Below are positions 11,401-22,643 of a stretch of 64,000 nucleotides of DNA, piece by piece. The stretch is from Antedon mediterranea (lineage: Eukaryota; Animalia; Echinodermata), in contig NC_092673.1 of NCBI RefSeq assembly GCF_964355755.1, forward strand, positions 14,046,948-14,110,947. Reading direction: 5' to 3'. The translations under genes were made by a program, and so were the position numbers. How positions within the stretch are numbered: the first letter of the stretch is position 1; each line of letters begins with the position of its first letter. The notes under the pieces were generated by a model. That model was not told the origin of the DNA. It searched no databases and saw nothing but the letters and a program-made list of their open reading frames with translations.

Positions 11401-14400
11401 AATCGATAATGCAGGAGAGGTGTTTAGTAATGTTACGGACGGTTTACAGATTTATCGAATTGGAAAAAGTGTTGAAACGTTCTTTGCAAGTGACTCAAGC
11501 GGTAACAATGTGACGTGTACAGTTGAAATAAACGTTCGAGGTAAGTGATTGCATTTTATTCGATGAATTCTTTTGCCTGTTAAAGGTTCAGTCGTTTGGA
11601 TGCTTATAATGTTGTAACACTAACAAATAAATAATGTATCTTTTAATAGACGAAGAACCACCGGCTTGTCCAGTTTTTCTTAATTATTTCACCACCGATT
11701 CGGGAAGCGACATAGCTACGATTGCCTTTTCAACTACATTTTACCCAACTGATAATTCCGGACACGTTTTTGGTAATTTTTCAACAATGGTTGGGTTTTA
11801 TCCAATTGGAAACAGTGAGGAAACTTTAGTTGTAACTGACCCAAGTGGAAACAGTGTCGAGTGTACTGTTGAAATAAACGTCCGAGGTGAGTGATTAAAA
11901 TAATATATCGGATTATGAAAATAGAAGCAAAAATTACGTCGAATGGCGATGATAAGACGTGCATTCGATATATCTTTCCAGTGTCGTACGAATAGGATAT
12001 CTTTTAACAGCAACTGCCTCACCAGTAAGAATTGTTTATTATTAATATTATTTGATACTTTATACTTAATGTTAAATTTTGACTAATAAAACTGTAATTT
12101 AATAGATAAAGAGCAGCCTGTATTGAATTGTCCTGAGGACATGTTGAAACCCCTTGAAGAGAATGCAACAGTGAATGTCCAGTTACCGATAATAAATGCA
12201 AGTGATAACATAGACGATGTCCTTATCATTCGTCCTCATCCTGAAGATATATTCCCCGTTGATCTTGGAGTTGGAGACTTTTATTATACCTTCACAGCAA
12301 ACGACTCGTCAGGAAATGTTGGTAGCTGTGCATTTCAAATTACAATTATAGGTAAATCAGCCTGTAGATCAATTTATTCGTGTGAATTGAAAACGTTAAC
12401 TAAATGCGCATGCGTATAATTTACATATACTTTCTGTAATAAACGCATAAATGCGATAAATTGCCTCGATTAGCACGACTGCATTCACCTCGTGGAAAAC
12501 AGGCTTTCTTTGATATCTATTTTGTTTAGATTGTACGGTTCTGTAAGTCATATGTACCAACCACCATGACATAATACTTTTACAAATGTAGGTTCTCTAA
12601 CCAATATACATTTTTATTAATTTGAATTCAAGATATAAAACCACCTGAACTTGACTGTCCACCTGGCTATACTTTTTATACCAATCATGGAAGTGACAAG
12701 GGCACAGTTGATTTATCGAATTTAATAAAAGCAACGGATAATTCGGGAGAAGTGGAAATTTACCAAACTCTCCGAGCGAATTATACAATTGGAAGAAGGG
12801 TGGAAAATTACACAGCAAGTGATCCGAGTGGAAACAACGCTGAGTGTACAGTTGAAATTTACGTTCATGGTAAGTGATTATAGAAAAGAAATAATCGTTT
12901 AATACATAACTTAACGTTGATGATTAATATAATAATAGTGTGAGGGCGTGTGGCGCAGTGTGTTGGTCGTTGGTCTCTCCACCCAGGTGTATAAATGGGT
13001 ACCCGATTAGATCAAGACACAACTTTCCGGCGATTTCTAGCTGCATTATGGAAGTATGTTTCCATACGTGTTTGATCCAAAAAAATGACTTGAGTAATAA
13101 TGTTCAGCGTTTAGAGGTTTCACAACATTAGGCGTTATATAAATCGAGGATATTAGGCCTATTATTATTATAATAATAATCAACATCAAACTAAAATGTT
13201 TACCTCAACAGTGTTGAGGTAAAAGTTTAAATAAAAATGTTAATTCATTCAAATTAAATGAAACTTCGCTAAAATAATTACATACCAGGTATAGGTTGTC
13301 GGTTGATTTCGGTTTGTTGTCGGTTGATTTCGGGTTGTTGTCGGTTGATTTCGGGTTGTTGTCGTGTATACAGTCTTGATCCAATCTCCTAGTACTTCCT
13401 GATCTGTTATATTCCAGAGTCGGGATGTGGGAAAGAATGCTTGCATATTTATGAATTTTAATTATGTATCGGAAATAAAAATATTAAGCTAATTAAACTA
13501 ACCACTTCAATAACAAGGCCAACTGCCATAAGTCGCGTGCTAAAACGCATAGTGATACCGGACCGACAGACAGACCGACAGACCGACAGACCGACAGACC
13601 GACAGACCGACAGACCGCCCGACCGACATAGTGAACTATAGAGTCGCGTCCACGCGACTAAAAATGTCACAAACCTTTTCTTCTCAACTACGGCTTCATT
13701 CTTCTAGTATTATGTTAATTCAAATTACGAATTATTAGATAGAGAACCACCTGTACTTTACTGTCCACCTAGTGGTAATTTCACTACCGATCCTGGAAGC
13801 GATGTTGCTACGGTTAATTTTTCAACTACATTATACGCAACTGATAATTCCGGACAGGTTTTTGGAAACTATACAATGGTTGGTTTTCATCCAATTGGAA
13901 AAAGTTTGGTCACATTCTTTGCAATTGACCCGAGTGGAAACAATAGGAAGTGTAAAGTTGAAATAGATGTCAAAGGTCAGTGAGTAATAGTAAAATATAT
14001 TTCAACATAATTAGCATGAAAATTACGTAATGTCATCTATGAGTTAGCACACATAATACTGATGGTTATAAACTACATTATTGGGTCTTATGGGATGGTT
14101 ACGTCATCGTTTGGAAATGAAAATCTGAAATAACAATATTATTACTGTATTATTATTATTGGAAAGAGTAACACAAATGGGATTATATAAGTCATATTAC
14201 TGTATGTTTATAATATAACAGATACAGAAGACCCTGTGTTAAATTGTCCATCTACCAACATGACGATTTTTCCAAATACTGATTCTTTACTGGCATCTCT
14301 AAACTACTCAAAAATTATAACAGCAAGGGACAACTCGATGGAAATAATCATCTCCCCAAATCCTAATGCAACATTTTATGGAGGAATTGGTATTGGAGAA

Positions 14401-17400
14401 AGGGTGTACAACTTCACAGTAGCTGATTTATCGGGAAACATAGATTTCTGTGAATTTAGGATAACGGTTCCAAGTAAGATACCACAGTATACACGCGAGC
14501 TTGTTCTAAAAGCGCTTAGTTTTCGGTACTGTATCTAAAAGTATTGTTGCGTAGTTTATAAAATTATTTATAGGCCTATCTAAATTAAAATATTATCGTG
14601 TCAATTTTCATTTTATTATTAGTGAAGCTGATGACAGTAAACATAGAACTTTATTACATAAAACAACACATAAGCTTTTTTTTTTTTATTATTAAAGCCT
14701 ACTTTACATTAGAGGAAAAACGCAACATAACAAGCTCCGTATCAACTGAACCAGATAGTATCGTATTTTGGGCATCGACCGAAAACGCTATAAAAGAAGG
14801 TATGCATTTAAAATGAACTGACTAAGCTAACTGAAAGTTTAAACACATTTTGTTTACTATCAATAGGCCTACCATAAACCATAAGGTTTTTTATCAAACT
14901 TCCTTAAAAATACTTTGCTTACCTTGCCATTGACACCCCACACAAAAAAAAAAATAAACAAACCAGCACGCGTACAAAATATGATTGATGACTGTACATT
15001 TTTAGTACGCGCACGTCAATTCAATAGTAACACAATTTAGAGACGCTTAAAGTTTTAAGATAGGATTTATCAAGATTATTGTATTTTTTAGATGGACCAT
15101 TCTTTCTTAATGCAAGTTTAAGTGAACTTTCGGCTAACACATTATTAGAAACTCTGTAAGTAATGATCATGAAGTATATTACAGCTATTCCCATTCTTCA
15201 TCCATGAAAGGTTTTAAATAATAGAACCTTTTAATGAAAAACTTTTTTTTAAATTATTTGGTACAGCCTGAGATTCGAAAATTTACTATAGAAATGTTTC
15301 AATCTAATTTTTTTCAGCGATGGAGAGTTTTTCGAAAGTGCAACAGACGTAGTTACTCTTGACGTTTTTAATAGACAGTTTAAAAAAATAAGTTTAAATT
15401 GTCGGATTCATTTTCCTGTATTAAAGGTAACTTTAAGAAGCGATTACATGCATAGGATTGTTAAACAATGCAATAATGTGACTTATTATTTCGAAATAAT
15501 TGATAGCAACATTAACTGACGAAGAAGTGTATCACAGGAATCACATTATGTTCCAACAAATAATTGTCGGTAATCTTTTTTTAATCCAACAAGTAGGAAA
15601 TTGCGTTGAATGGAAATTTGATGCCAGTTTGTTACTTTACAAATGATAATCACCCTCCGTCGTAAGTATTAATGTTTTAGATTACATACCACGCACGCAT
15701 TGAACGCCCACAACCTAGCTACGACGACCCTGTATGTTCTCCTCCTCCGCCTTGTGTCTAGAGACAACATATCATGTCTGGAGACAAACAACGATGGGGC
15801 TGTTTCATGGCAAGCGACGGTCAGATCCATAACACACATGTCAATGTGGTTGCTGTTTGTTCCTATTGTTTCTGGCTTTCCAAAATCACTTGCTACTGAA
15901 GTACCTTTTTTCTAACTTAAAAAGTAATTTTAATGTTTCATGTTATTAAAGCGAGTGTTTATGGGCAACTGATGGATGTGTAACACTCTACGAAGAAGAC
16001 TATTACGTAACTGTTGTGACGTGTAGATGTAGTCATCTGACGTCATTTGTCCTTCTCATGAAACCAAAACCGGTTAGTTCTTCTTGTTATACTTCCCTAT
16101 CATTATGTTTGTAGCAGTTTATGATAGGTTATATTTAAGTTTTGAATCAAAATGGGTTACTTATAATTGAATATGTTTTGTTGAGTTTAAGGAGAAATCA
16201 ACGGATCATCGACACGATATGTCTACACTCACAAAATGTGGATTGGTAGTCTCCACTATTTTTCTCATCAACACACTTGTCATTATTTGCTGTTTCAGGT
16301 AAGTTACAAATACGAAATCATGTAAATAAGTTCAAAGTTGCTCCTATAATGATCTACTATAATACAAACATATCTCAAAATTGTACAATTTTGACAATAA
16401 AGTAGACTTGTATCTTGTATCTAATGCACTGAACCGATGGAACAAATATTTTCTAATTTCAGAGAATTAAGAAGATCGGATAGATTCAGAATGCTGTGCC
16501 ATTTGGTGATTTCGTTACTCTGTGTTAACACTTTGTTTTTGCTCCTTGAATCAGATGTTAATAAATCACTGGTAAATAATCGAAATAATGTCACTTTTCA
16601 AATAAGTTATTAGCACTGACAAAGGAAAAAAGTTGTTTCCGAACTGAGCACTTTCTCTCTGGCTGTACTTTTGATTTGGCTTTCTGCTTATTTTATTTCT
16701 ATACATTGAGATCCAGCCAAATAGATACCAACAGCATAGTCAGTTTCAGTAATTTTCCGGATTAATTTGTTGATTAATAAATGATGTCTCATTAACTAGG
16801 CACAAACGTATCACGTACTGCAAATGTTTTTTTAAACTTGCTTCTATCATTCCATCGGATAAATTAAAAAAAATGTCCATTAAAATCTACATCCAACCAA
16901 TCGTAATCATCTAGCACGCCTGCTTCGAACGGCAAGATATAGTTCCAAGTAGGCCCCTACATGTGCTTTCTCGTTTGAGAAATATGCTAAAAACGGTTTT
17001 TTTGATATACCTTATTAACTAAGTCTCGAAATTTTAGAAATTATTGTAAAAATATAATAACACTTAAAAAAAAACTTTTTTAAACAATTTATTACAATAA
17101 TGCATATGTATAGAGAGAATACACTAGCCAGGCATCGGCATCTTTACACATTTTTATTCCTAAAATTCTTAAAATCGAGGGCGCCAAACATAAAACTTAC
17201 GAGATCGAAAGGAGTCGGGAAGTTTGTGTGCTCCCTTGCCTCTAGCACGGTAAGACCTTGAGTCACGACATCAGATGCTTTGATGTTATCGCCTCAAAAT
17301 GCCGTGGTGGAAAGGGGGACGTTTAAATCTGTAAACCCCAATTACAGAAGCTCGCTTAGCTTTAACTCTATTCCACCAAGACCGGTTTGAACCCACGATA

Positions 17401-20400
17401 ATCGTGTTCCACGACGCTCTACCGCCGACTGAGCTATCTGGTTGTCTGGTTTATATACATGTTAATAGAGTTTCGTTCTCACAAAATGATGCTCATGAAT
17501 ATGCATATTTAGGACGTAACGATTAGAATGACGTAATATGAAGCGCGTATAAGAATATACCATTGTCACCCTTCATTACCCGTGTACATTGTGGCATAAC
17601 GGGTAGTGCTCAAGTAACTATCGTTTGCATTCTCTCAGCTCTACTACTAGCTGGGGTTCGAATCTCTACAGATTTTTTTAAATATTTGATTTGATCTCTT
17701 TATTTTAGAATAAATATTCCATATTACTGAACAACAACAAATAATACAAAACCGGAAAATCAAACTAAAATAGGATTTTTTTATATAAAATGTTTTTCTT
17801 TTATTTCGTCAGAGAGATTCTTATTCTTATTCTTTTATTGCCAAATATAAAATACATGAAAAACACGACATACAAACGAACCAACTGAGTGAGCTGGCAT
17901 GGGACACAAAAGCGAACCTAATCACTATGACTTAAAGCCTGTGTTCCCCACTCACCCAGTTTCACAAGCAATGATTATACCATCTTAAAATATAATATAT
18001 CAAAATTCCAAAGCTAAGTTTAAATCATAAAATAAAAAATAAATATAAAAAGAACAAATTTATTTTAAGTTTTAAGTTTAGCAAGGAATATAGGGAAATA
18101 ATCCAATAGCAGGGAATCTTTCACTTCATCATGGATGTCTTCCCACAGTCGCGGGAAGACATGGATAACTGAGCGATGCAAACAGTTAGTCCGTGCATAC
18201 AAATGCTTGAAACTTAAGGTCGAGTATTGACGCATACATTTTCGCGGATACTTTTACAATCAATAGAACCTATTAGTGTTTTACATACAAATGATAGACG
18301 GGGCCAATTGATAGATTGGCCTATTTAGAAAGTAAAGTTAATTTAGGATATGCAGGAACTGGTCCTCTAGACTTATATTCTTTTTATATTCGAAGTCCAA
18401 TTTCCGGGCATCAAGCAACTATATTTTTCAAAATTATTAGCTCCACTCAACATGGTGGGCTGGTCCTGTAGAATTATAATTTCGTTTCGTATATCATTGT
18501 ATACGTACAATTAGTTTTTTCGTTTCGTTTATTTTTCCACTCACTTATATAGATAATTTAAACAAACATGAGTATACATACTGTATATTAAATGTGGGTG
18601 GATGGAGGTCACAGTAAGTTCACTGAACTTTAAGTCGTGACCCCCATAGGCCTATAAATATAGTAACAATGCTACGGAGTAGACTAATATATATATATAG
18701 GCCTATATATAAGTGAAGGTACATAAAATCAAAAATAAAAAAAAACTGAATTATAGAATTTTAGATAAACCAGGCAGTTATATAATATAATGATAACAGG
18801 GATAATGATAACAATTAGAGTTTCTTTGAACTAAATCTTATCACACCCTTTGTTAATGATTGTTTATGTTTATGCTCTTTTTTGTTATTTCCGGGGACCT
18901 GGCAGCTCTATTTTTAAATTTCTCATCTCAGCCCCAACCATGGTACGTGGAGCTGAGGTCCTAATGAGTCTGATATATTTTGTTTCATATTTCAACAAAT
19001 CAGGTCGTAAAAGCATTAGGAAACAAACCAAGATAATCTTTTGTACAATGTAAATGTGAGGACGCAACGTTGTTTAAGCTTGGTTCTCACTAGGATCATA
19101 GTCAATACAACTTTCTATTGACATGTTAGGACAAAAGACACAAGCAAGTTGGAATAAGCAGGGAAGAGTTAAATTTAACTCTTCCCTGGAATAAGCTTTC
19201 GATTGGCCAATTCGCTTGCGTTGCTGCTTACGTCTTTTACGTTGCGTGCTAGTGGGAACCAAGTAACATTGCATGCCGCTGATTTAGAGCGTTTAATACA
19301 GTCACAAATTTACGTAGACATTGTATTGATGTTGAGCAAGAGTTCATGGTTGGATTTCCGGTAAGCCTACCAAAAAAACGCAAACGTATTGGACCACAAT
19401 TATCATTTTAAGATTAAGAACCACACCTATCAATGTGTAATCATAACTCCATGGTTTAATATAAACAGATCTTCACTTAAAATTTGATTACACAACAAAC
19501 AATTTAAAGTCTGTATTTCAGTTTTCGAGCAAATAATTCTCAAGTAGTAAGTAAACCTAAATAAAATAAGTAGCTTAGGCGAAACGATCCGAAAGTTGTT
19601 AAAATGTTTGTAAGGTTGGTTGAAATAACGGAGTAATACCATTTAAACTTTCTTTTCCCATCAAACAGATAGCATGTAGTGTGCTGGCGGGATCTTTACA
19701 TTATAGTCTGTTAGTGAGTGTTTCATGGATGGTTATCATATCAACTGATTTATATATTAAGATCAAGCATCCATTTCTGAACCATGAACGACGATTTTCG
19801 TACAGCCGATTTATCGGTTGGATTATTCCCGCCATTACCGTCGGAATAACTGCTGGATCAACACGAGACAATTATGCATCTGACAAGTAAGCAAAACATT
19901 ATTTTAGGTATTAACCAATCAGTTGAACGCTTGACATGACGTTTCTTAATATATTCGTGTGATTTTCTACTTTTAGATGTTGGCTGTCTACAGACTCAGG
20001 TGCCATATGGGCATTTATCGTTCCAGTTTGCCTGGCTGTATTGGTAAATTAAACATTTATTTAATTAGGCCTACAGAGTATTATAAAGTGCCAATACACA
20101 CATTAGGGGTAGGGATGTGGTGGATGGCTGTAGGAGAATAATTAAGGTTTGCAGTTCTTTGATACAATTACTTCATTTTACAGATTGTACTTGTACAGTT
20201 ATTGGTAATTGGCTACGTAGCTTATAAGAAATCTCAACTACCAAACCAATCGAGAGAAGATTCTCAGCACCTCAAAAGAATCAGGTTAGCTCCAAACAAT
20301 GTATACATGCTTTGTCTTTAAGCAACTACTCAGGACGCAGCGGAACGCATGACGAACATACGCAACTTAAGAAACTTCATGATATTGTATCCAGATACTA

Positions 20401-21418
20401 GTTGAAGAGAAATAGTTAATTGTACCTTTGCGTTCGAAAGCTTCTTTCTAATTTCACTGTAGACTAAATTCAATTTATTTCACGTTATTTTGTAGAACTC
20501 TATTTAGTGGCATATTGCTTCTTACACCAACTGTTGGACTTTGGTGGATATTTGGTGTCGTAGTCATCTTCTCTGATTCGGTGGGCATGGAATACATCTT
20601 TGTGACAATGAATTCCTTTCAGGGACTATTCATCTGGTTCACTCAGTGTGTTCTCAGCAAAGAGGTGATCTATTTAGGCTAGTCAATCTAGCTAAAAAAA
20701 CAGCCTAAAGTGAAACAAATTTCAAACCGAGATTTTTCTTTTTTAAATGGTCACATATGATGAGGAGATCAAAATTTGAGCATCACACCTCTGTCACTAA
20801 CCCCGATGATATGCAAATTAGCCTAAATATGCAAATAAGGGTGAAATTACAGGGTTATCATATTTTAAAAACTACTAGTCCGGGAGAGTTGATTTTTTCA
20901 CATCTGTATTCAGAATGTACATATTTATATTTGCTCCAATGAAACATTTTACATGGAAATGACCGGAAGTATGATATTTGCCCCTTGACCCCATCGGGAT
21001 GAGTGACAGAGTGTGATGCTCAAATTTTGCTCATCACATGTGACCATTTAAAAAAGAAAATCTCTATTTGCAATTTGTTTCACTCAAAATGCTAGATTGA
21101 CTAGCCTAATTTGTTTAATTTGTTATATTGATAATTCTTTTTTTTTTATTCTCAAATTCTTCAACAAAAAAAACGAATAAGAATATAAATAGCATATTTA
21201 GAGAAAACGAATTGAAAGGGGGAATCCCAATAACAGAACTCATAAATGTAGAAACCTCCTGTTATACAAACAAATTTTGAAAACACAATTTAAAAGGCGC
21301 TCCATTTTACCTTTCATTTTTTTAGGTGCGAGATATTGTAAGGAAATCATTCAACAACCGAGTAAAACAGAGCGAGCATAGGCCTACAGTAAACACTGTA
21401 ATAGCTACGACAAACTAA
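8362..21418 (+). CDS. HYR-repeat adhesion GPCR (SP - 9xHYR - GAIN/GPS - 7TM_2), 22 exons, 3576 nt (~1191 aa) with in-frame TGA at 9055-9057
   Basis: All 21 introns GT-AG with consistent phases; GPS CRCSHL|TSFVLLM; family-B motifs HYSLL..SWM, GWIIP, CWL, WAFIVP, NSFQGLFI. Confidence 0.88.
8867..9100 (+). CDS. aGPCR exon 2, HYR1 (contains TGA)
   Basis: DILECPSTVNVSTDPG..ATDQE*NYTGLSCTIEINVQ; 234 nt, phase 1-1. Confidence 0.75.
9188..9838. mobile_element. PIF/Harbinger-type MITE carrying two nested MITEs (9245-9415, 9474-9670)
   Basis: Outer TIR AGCTTG(T/G)TT(T)CCACTA; inner TIRs AGCTCTGTCTACACTATCAAACTTTA and AGGGTCTTTCACACCTGTTCC; TAA/TTA flanks. Confidence 0.75.
10075..10326 (+). CDS. aGPCR exon 3, HYR2
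   Basis: DTEVPVLDCP..VTDNS..AIDSSGNVGSCTFTITVV; 252 nt. Confidence 0.88.
10722..10970 (+). CDS. aGPCR exon 4, HYR3
   Basis: DVTPPVLYCP..ATDNS..PIG..AIDSSENEVAC; 249 nt. Confidence 0.9.
11304..11540 (+). CDS. aGPCR exon 5, HYR4
   Basis: DKEPPSCP..ASDSSGNNVTCTVEINVR; 237 nt. Confidence 0.9.
11650..11886 (+). CDS. aGPCR exon 6, HYR5
   Basis: DEEPPACP..TDNSG..TDPSGNSVECTVEINVR; 237 nt. Confidence 0.9.
12106..12351 (+). CDS. aGPCR exon 7, HYR6
   Basis: DKEQPVLNCP..ANDSSGNVGSCAFQITII; 246 nt. Confidence 0.9.
12633..12869 (+). CDS. aGPCR exon 8, HYR7
   Basis: DIKPPELDCP..ATDNSG..ASDPSGNNAECTVEIYVH; 237 nt. Confidence 0.9.
12938..13170 (+). mobile_element. Internally deleted tRNA-derived SINE
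   Basis: A-box-like GTGGCGCAGTG, body motif CTCCACCCAGGTGTATAAATGGGTACC, LINE-like 3' end GCGTTATATAAAT plus (ATT)n tail. Confidence 0.65.
13295..13365. repeat. 21-bp tandem repeat x3
   Basis: GTTGTCGGTTGATTTCGG(G/T)TT units. Confidence 0.8.
13512..13664 (-). mobile_element. Helentron-associated HINE/DINE-1-like element
   Basis: Hairpin AGTCGCGT-CC-ACGCGACT next to T-run, (GACCGACA)n core, partner subterminal repeat AGTCGCGTG near 13531. Confidence 0.7.
13739..13975 (+). CDS. aGPCR exon 9, HYR8
   Basis: DREPPVLYCP..ATDNSG..AIDPSGNNRKCKVEIDVK; 237 nt. Confidence 0.9.
14222..14473 (+). CDS. aGPCR exon 10, HYR9
   Basis: DTEDPVLNCP..ARDNS..ADLSGNIDFCEFRITVP; 252 nt. Confidence 0.9.
14698..14799 (+). 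CDS. aGPCR exon 11 (stalk/GAIN)
   Basis: Polypyrimidine-AAG acceptor, GTATG donor, open phase 1-1. Confidence 0.7.
15092..15155 (+). CDS. aGPCR exon 12 (GAIN)
   Basis: DGPFFLNASLSELSANTLLETL, phase 1-2. Confidence 0.7.
15318..15426 (+). CDS. aGPCR exon 13 (GAIN)
   Basis: DGEFFESATDVVTLDVF..IHFPVLK, phase 2-0. Confidence 0.75.
15597..15661 (+). CDS. aGPCR exon 14 (GPS start)
   Basis: EIALNGNLMPVCYFTNDNHPP (PxCxF), phase 0-2. Confidence 0.75.
15952..16072 (+). CDS. aGPCR exon 15 (GPS cleavage motif and Stachel)
   Basis: WATDGC..VTCRCSHL|TSFVLLMKP; scissile bond at 16039/16040. Confidence 0.95.
16192..16298 (+). CDS. aGPCR exon 16 (TM1)
   Basis: LTKCGLVVSTIFLINTLVIICCFR. Confidence 0.9.
16463..16571 (+). 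CDS. aGPCR exon 17 (TM2)
   Basis: ELRRSDRFRMLCHLVISLLCVNTLFLL. Confidence 0.9.
17373..17442 (-). mobile_element. tRNA-derived SINE head / tRNA pseudogene
   Basis: Reverse strand TAGCTCAGTCGG (A box) and GGTTCAAACC (B box); no clean cloverleaf. Confidence 0.55.
17818..18250 (-). mobile_element. LINE 3' fragment
   Basis: (AATAAG)n tail and degenerate ORF2 end (YARTNCF..). Confidence 0.5.
19077..19263. mobile_element. Harbinger-type MITE, same family as 9188-9838
   Basis: AGCTTGGTTCTCACTAG ... CTAGTGGGAACCAAG. Confidence 0.6.
19669..19886 (+). CDS. aGPCR exon 18 (TM3-TM4)
   Basis: IACSVLAGSLHYSLLVSVSWM..FIGWIIPAITVG. Confidence 0.92.
19977..20043 (+). CDS. aGPCR exon 19 (ECL2-TM5)
   Basis: CWLSTDSGAIWAFIVPVCLAVL. 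Confidence 0.92.
20184..20284 (+). CDS. aGPCR exon 20 (TM5-ICL3)
   Basis: IVLVQLLVIGYVAYKKSQ..LKRIR. Confidence 0.85.
20496..20664 (+). CDS. aGPCR exon 21 (TM6-TM7)
   Basis: LLLTPTVGLWWIFG..YIFVTMNSFQGLFIWFTQCVLSKE. Confidence 0.92.
20675..21108. mobile_element. Long-TIR MITE starting 11 bp into aGPCR intron 21
   Basis: TAGGCTAGTCAATCTAGC / GCTAGATTGACTAGCCTA plus ~100 bp further inverted similarity. Confidence 0.8.
21326..21418 (+). CDS. aGPCR exon 22 (helix 8 and short C-tail)
   Basis: VRDIVRKSFNNRVKQSEHRPTVNTVIATTN*, completing KE|VR. Confidence 0.85.
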   Translation: MRDIVRKSFNNRVKQSEHRPTVNTVIATTN

Positions 21419-21440
21419 CAATCGAGTAAAACTAATCACA

Positions 21441-21497
21441 GCACGCGGATAACTCGCGTGTTATACCGAGCACGCGGATAACTCGCGTGTTATACCG
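21441..21497. repeat. 30-bp tandem duplication in 3' UTR
   Basis: GCACGCGGATAACTCGCGTGTTATACCG x2. Confidence 0.8.
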
Positions 21498-21860
21498 TAC
21501 ACGTTTCAACTCACTTGTTGCACGAATTGCATTGACGCGCGAGTAATGTAATATATTATGGTTATTTGTAAAATATAATATTTTAAATATTAAACTGTTT
21601 TAATTGTTAAAATAATAATAAATACAATTAAATGTATGCATATTTCAACGAATGTCATTAAAGTGCGCGTAATATAATATTGTTGAGATAAGCATGTTTT
21701 ATTTTTTTCCTTTGGAAACAAATTAATGATAACAAATGCTTAATACGGTACATTTCTACTTTATGAATTAAAGTTGTATTTATTGTTTATATATACTGTT
21801 TAGCAGAAGGTTTGTTGGTACAATACAAATAATGCAACCGTTTGGTTTAATAGAAAAAGT

Positions 21861-22643
21861 AAGTAAAATTAAGATTTCTATACACCGGAAGAAGTTTTGA
21901 AAGACCCTTTAATTTCGCTTCATGAAAACGAAAGCGCCATATTGTTTGTAAACGATGATTGTTAATTTCTAGCCATCTTTTACTTTTCTTCAAAAGTATT
22001 TACAGCACAAAAGAAATTTGCGAAAACTTTAATTTGGTGGTTTAATTTGAGAAAGAAAAAAAACCTTTGCTTGATTAATTTTATGTTGTATTTGGTTTCA
22101 TAGTGTATGGAAATAATAAAAATAGTCGTAACGATCAATGTTTTGTGCTGAATAATTTGGTGGCTATTTATGATAAAATGATAGCTTGGTTGATTAGATT
22201 TGGTCGAATTATATATATCAAATAAATTGTATAATAATAGTAATACTACTAGCAAGTTCGATTAGATCGATTAATACGAAATTATAATAAAACATTAAGA
22301 ATGTATAACAATGGCATATTTGAGTTTAATTACATATTGCCTTTCAAACTCATCTCAAATATGTGTGATATTATCTCTCAACTAATTCGTCAAGAAAGTA
22401 GTTGAATGGTTTGGTGATATAGATGATCTCGTTTCCAGCTTAAAGTATACCGTATAAGTTTACCGTCTTTCAACTCATTTATTATTTTTTTTATTTCTTT
22501 ATTCGAATTCACAAAATAACACAACATATAAAATACAAATAATGAATTCAGGGTAACACAAAAAAGTAACCAAAGGTCGAACTTATTTCCATTGTGGCCT
22601 TTATACTCAGTACTCCATGATGAAATCGAGGACTTTATTATAG
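21861..22643 (+). pseudogene. Truncated second copy of aGPCR upstream region and start of exon 1
   Basis: Matches 7771-8388; ATGATGAAATCGAGGACTTTATTATAG at 22617-22643 vs ATGATGAAATCGAAGATTTTATTATAC; extra 132-bp insert 22478-22609 flanked by ACTCA. Confidence 0.85.

Noticed and set aside
15681-15915. ORF 15700-15915 as an aGPCR exon
   Set aside because: Exons 15597-15661 and 15952-16072 join in phase and complete the GPS; the intervening intron to 15681 would be only 19 nt
17373-17442. Functional tRNA gene
   Set aside because: A and B boxes present but acceptor and anticodon stems do not pair; SINE-like
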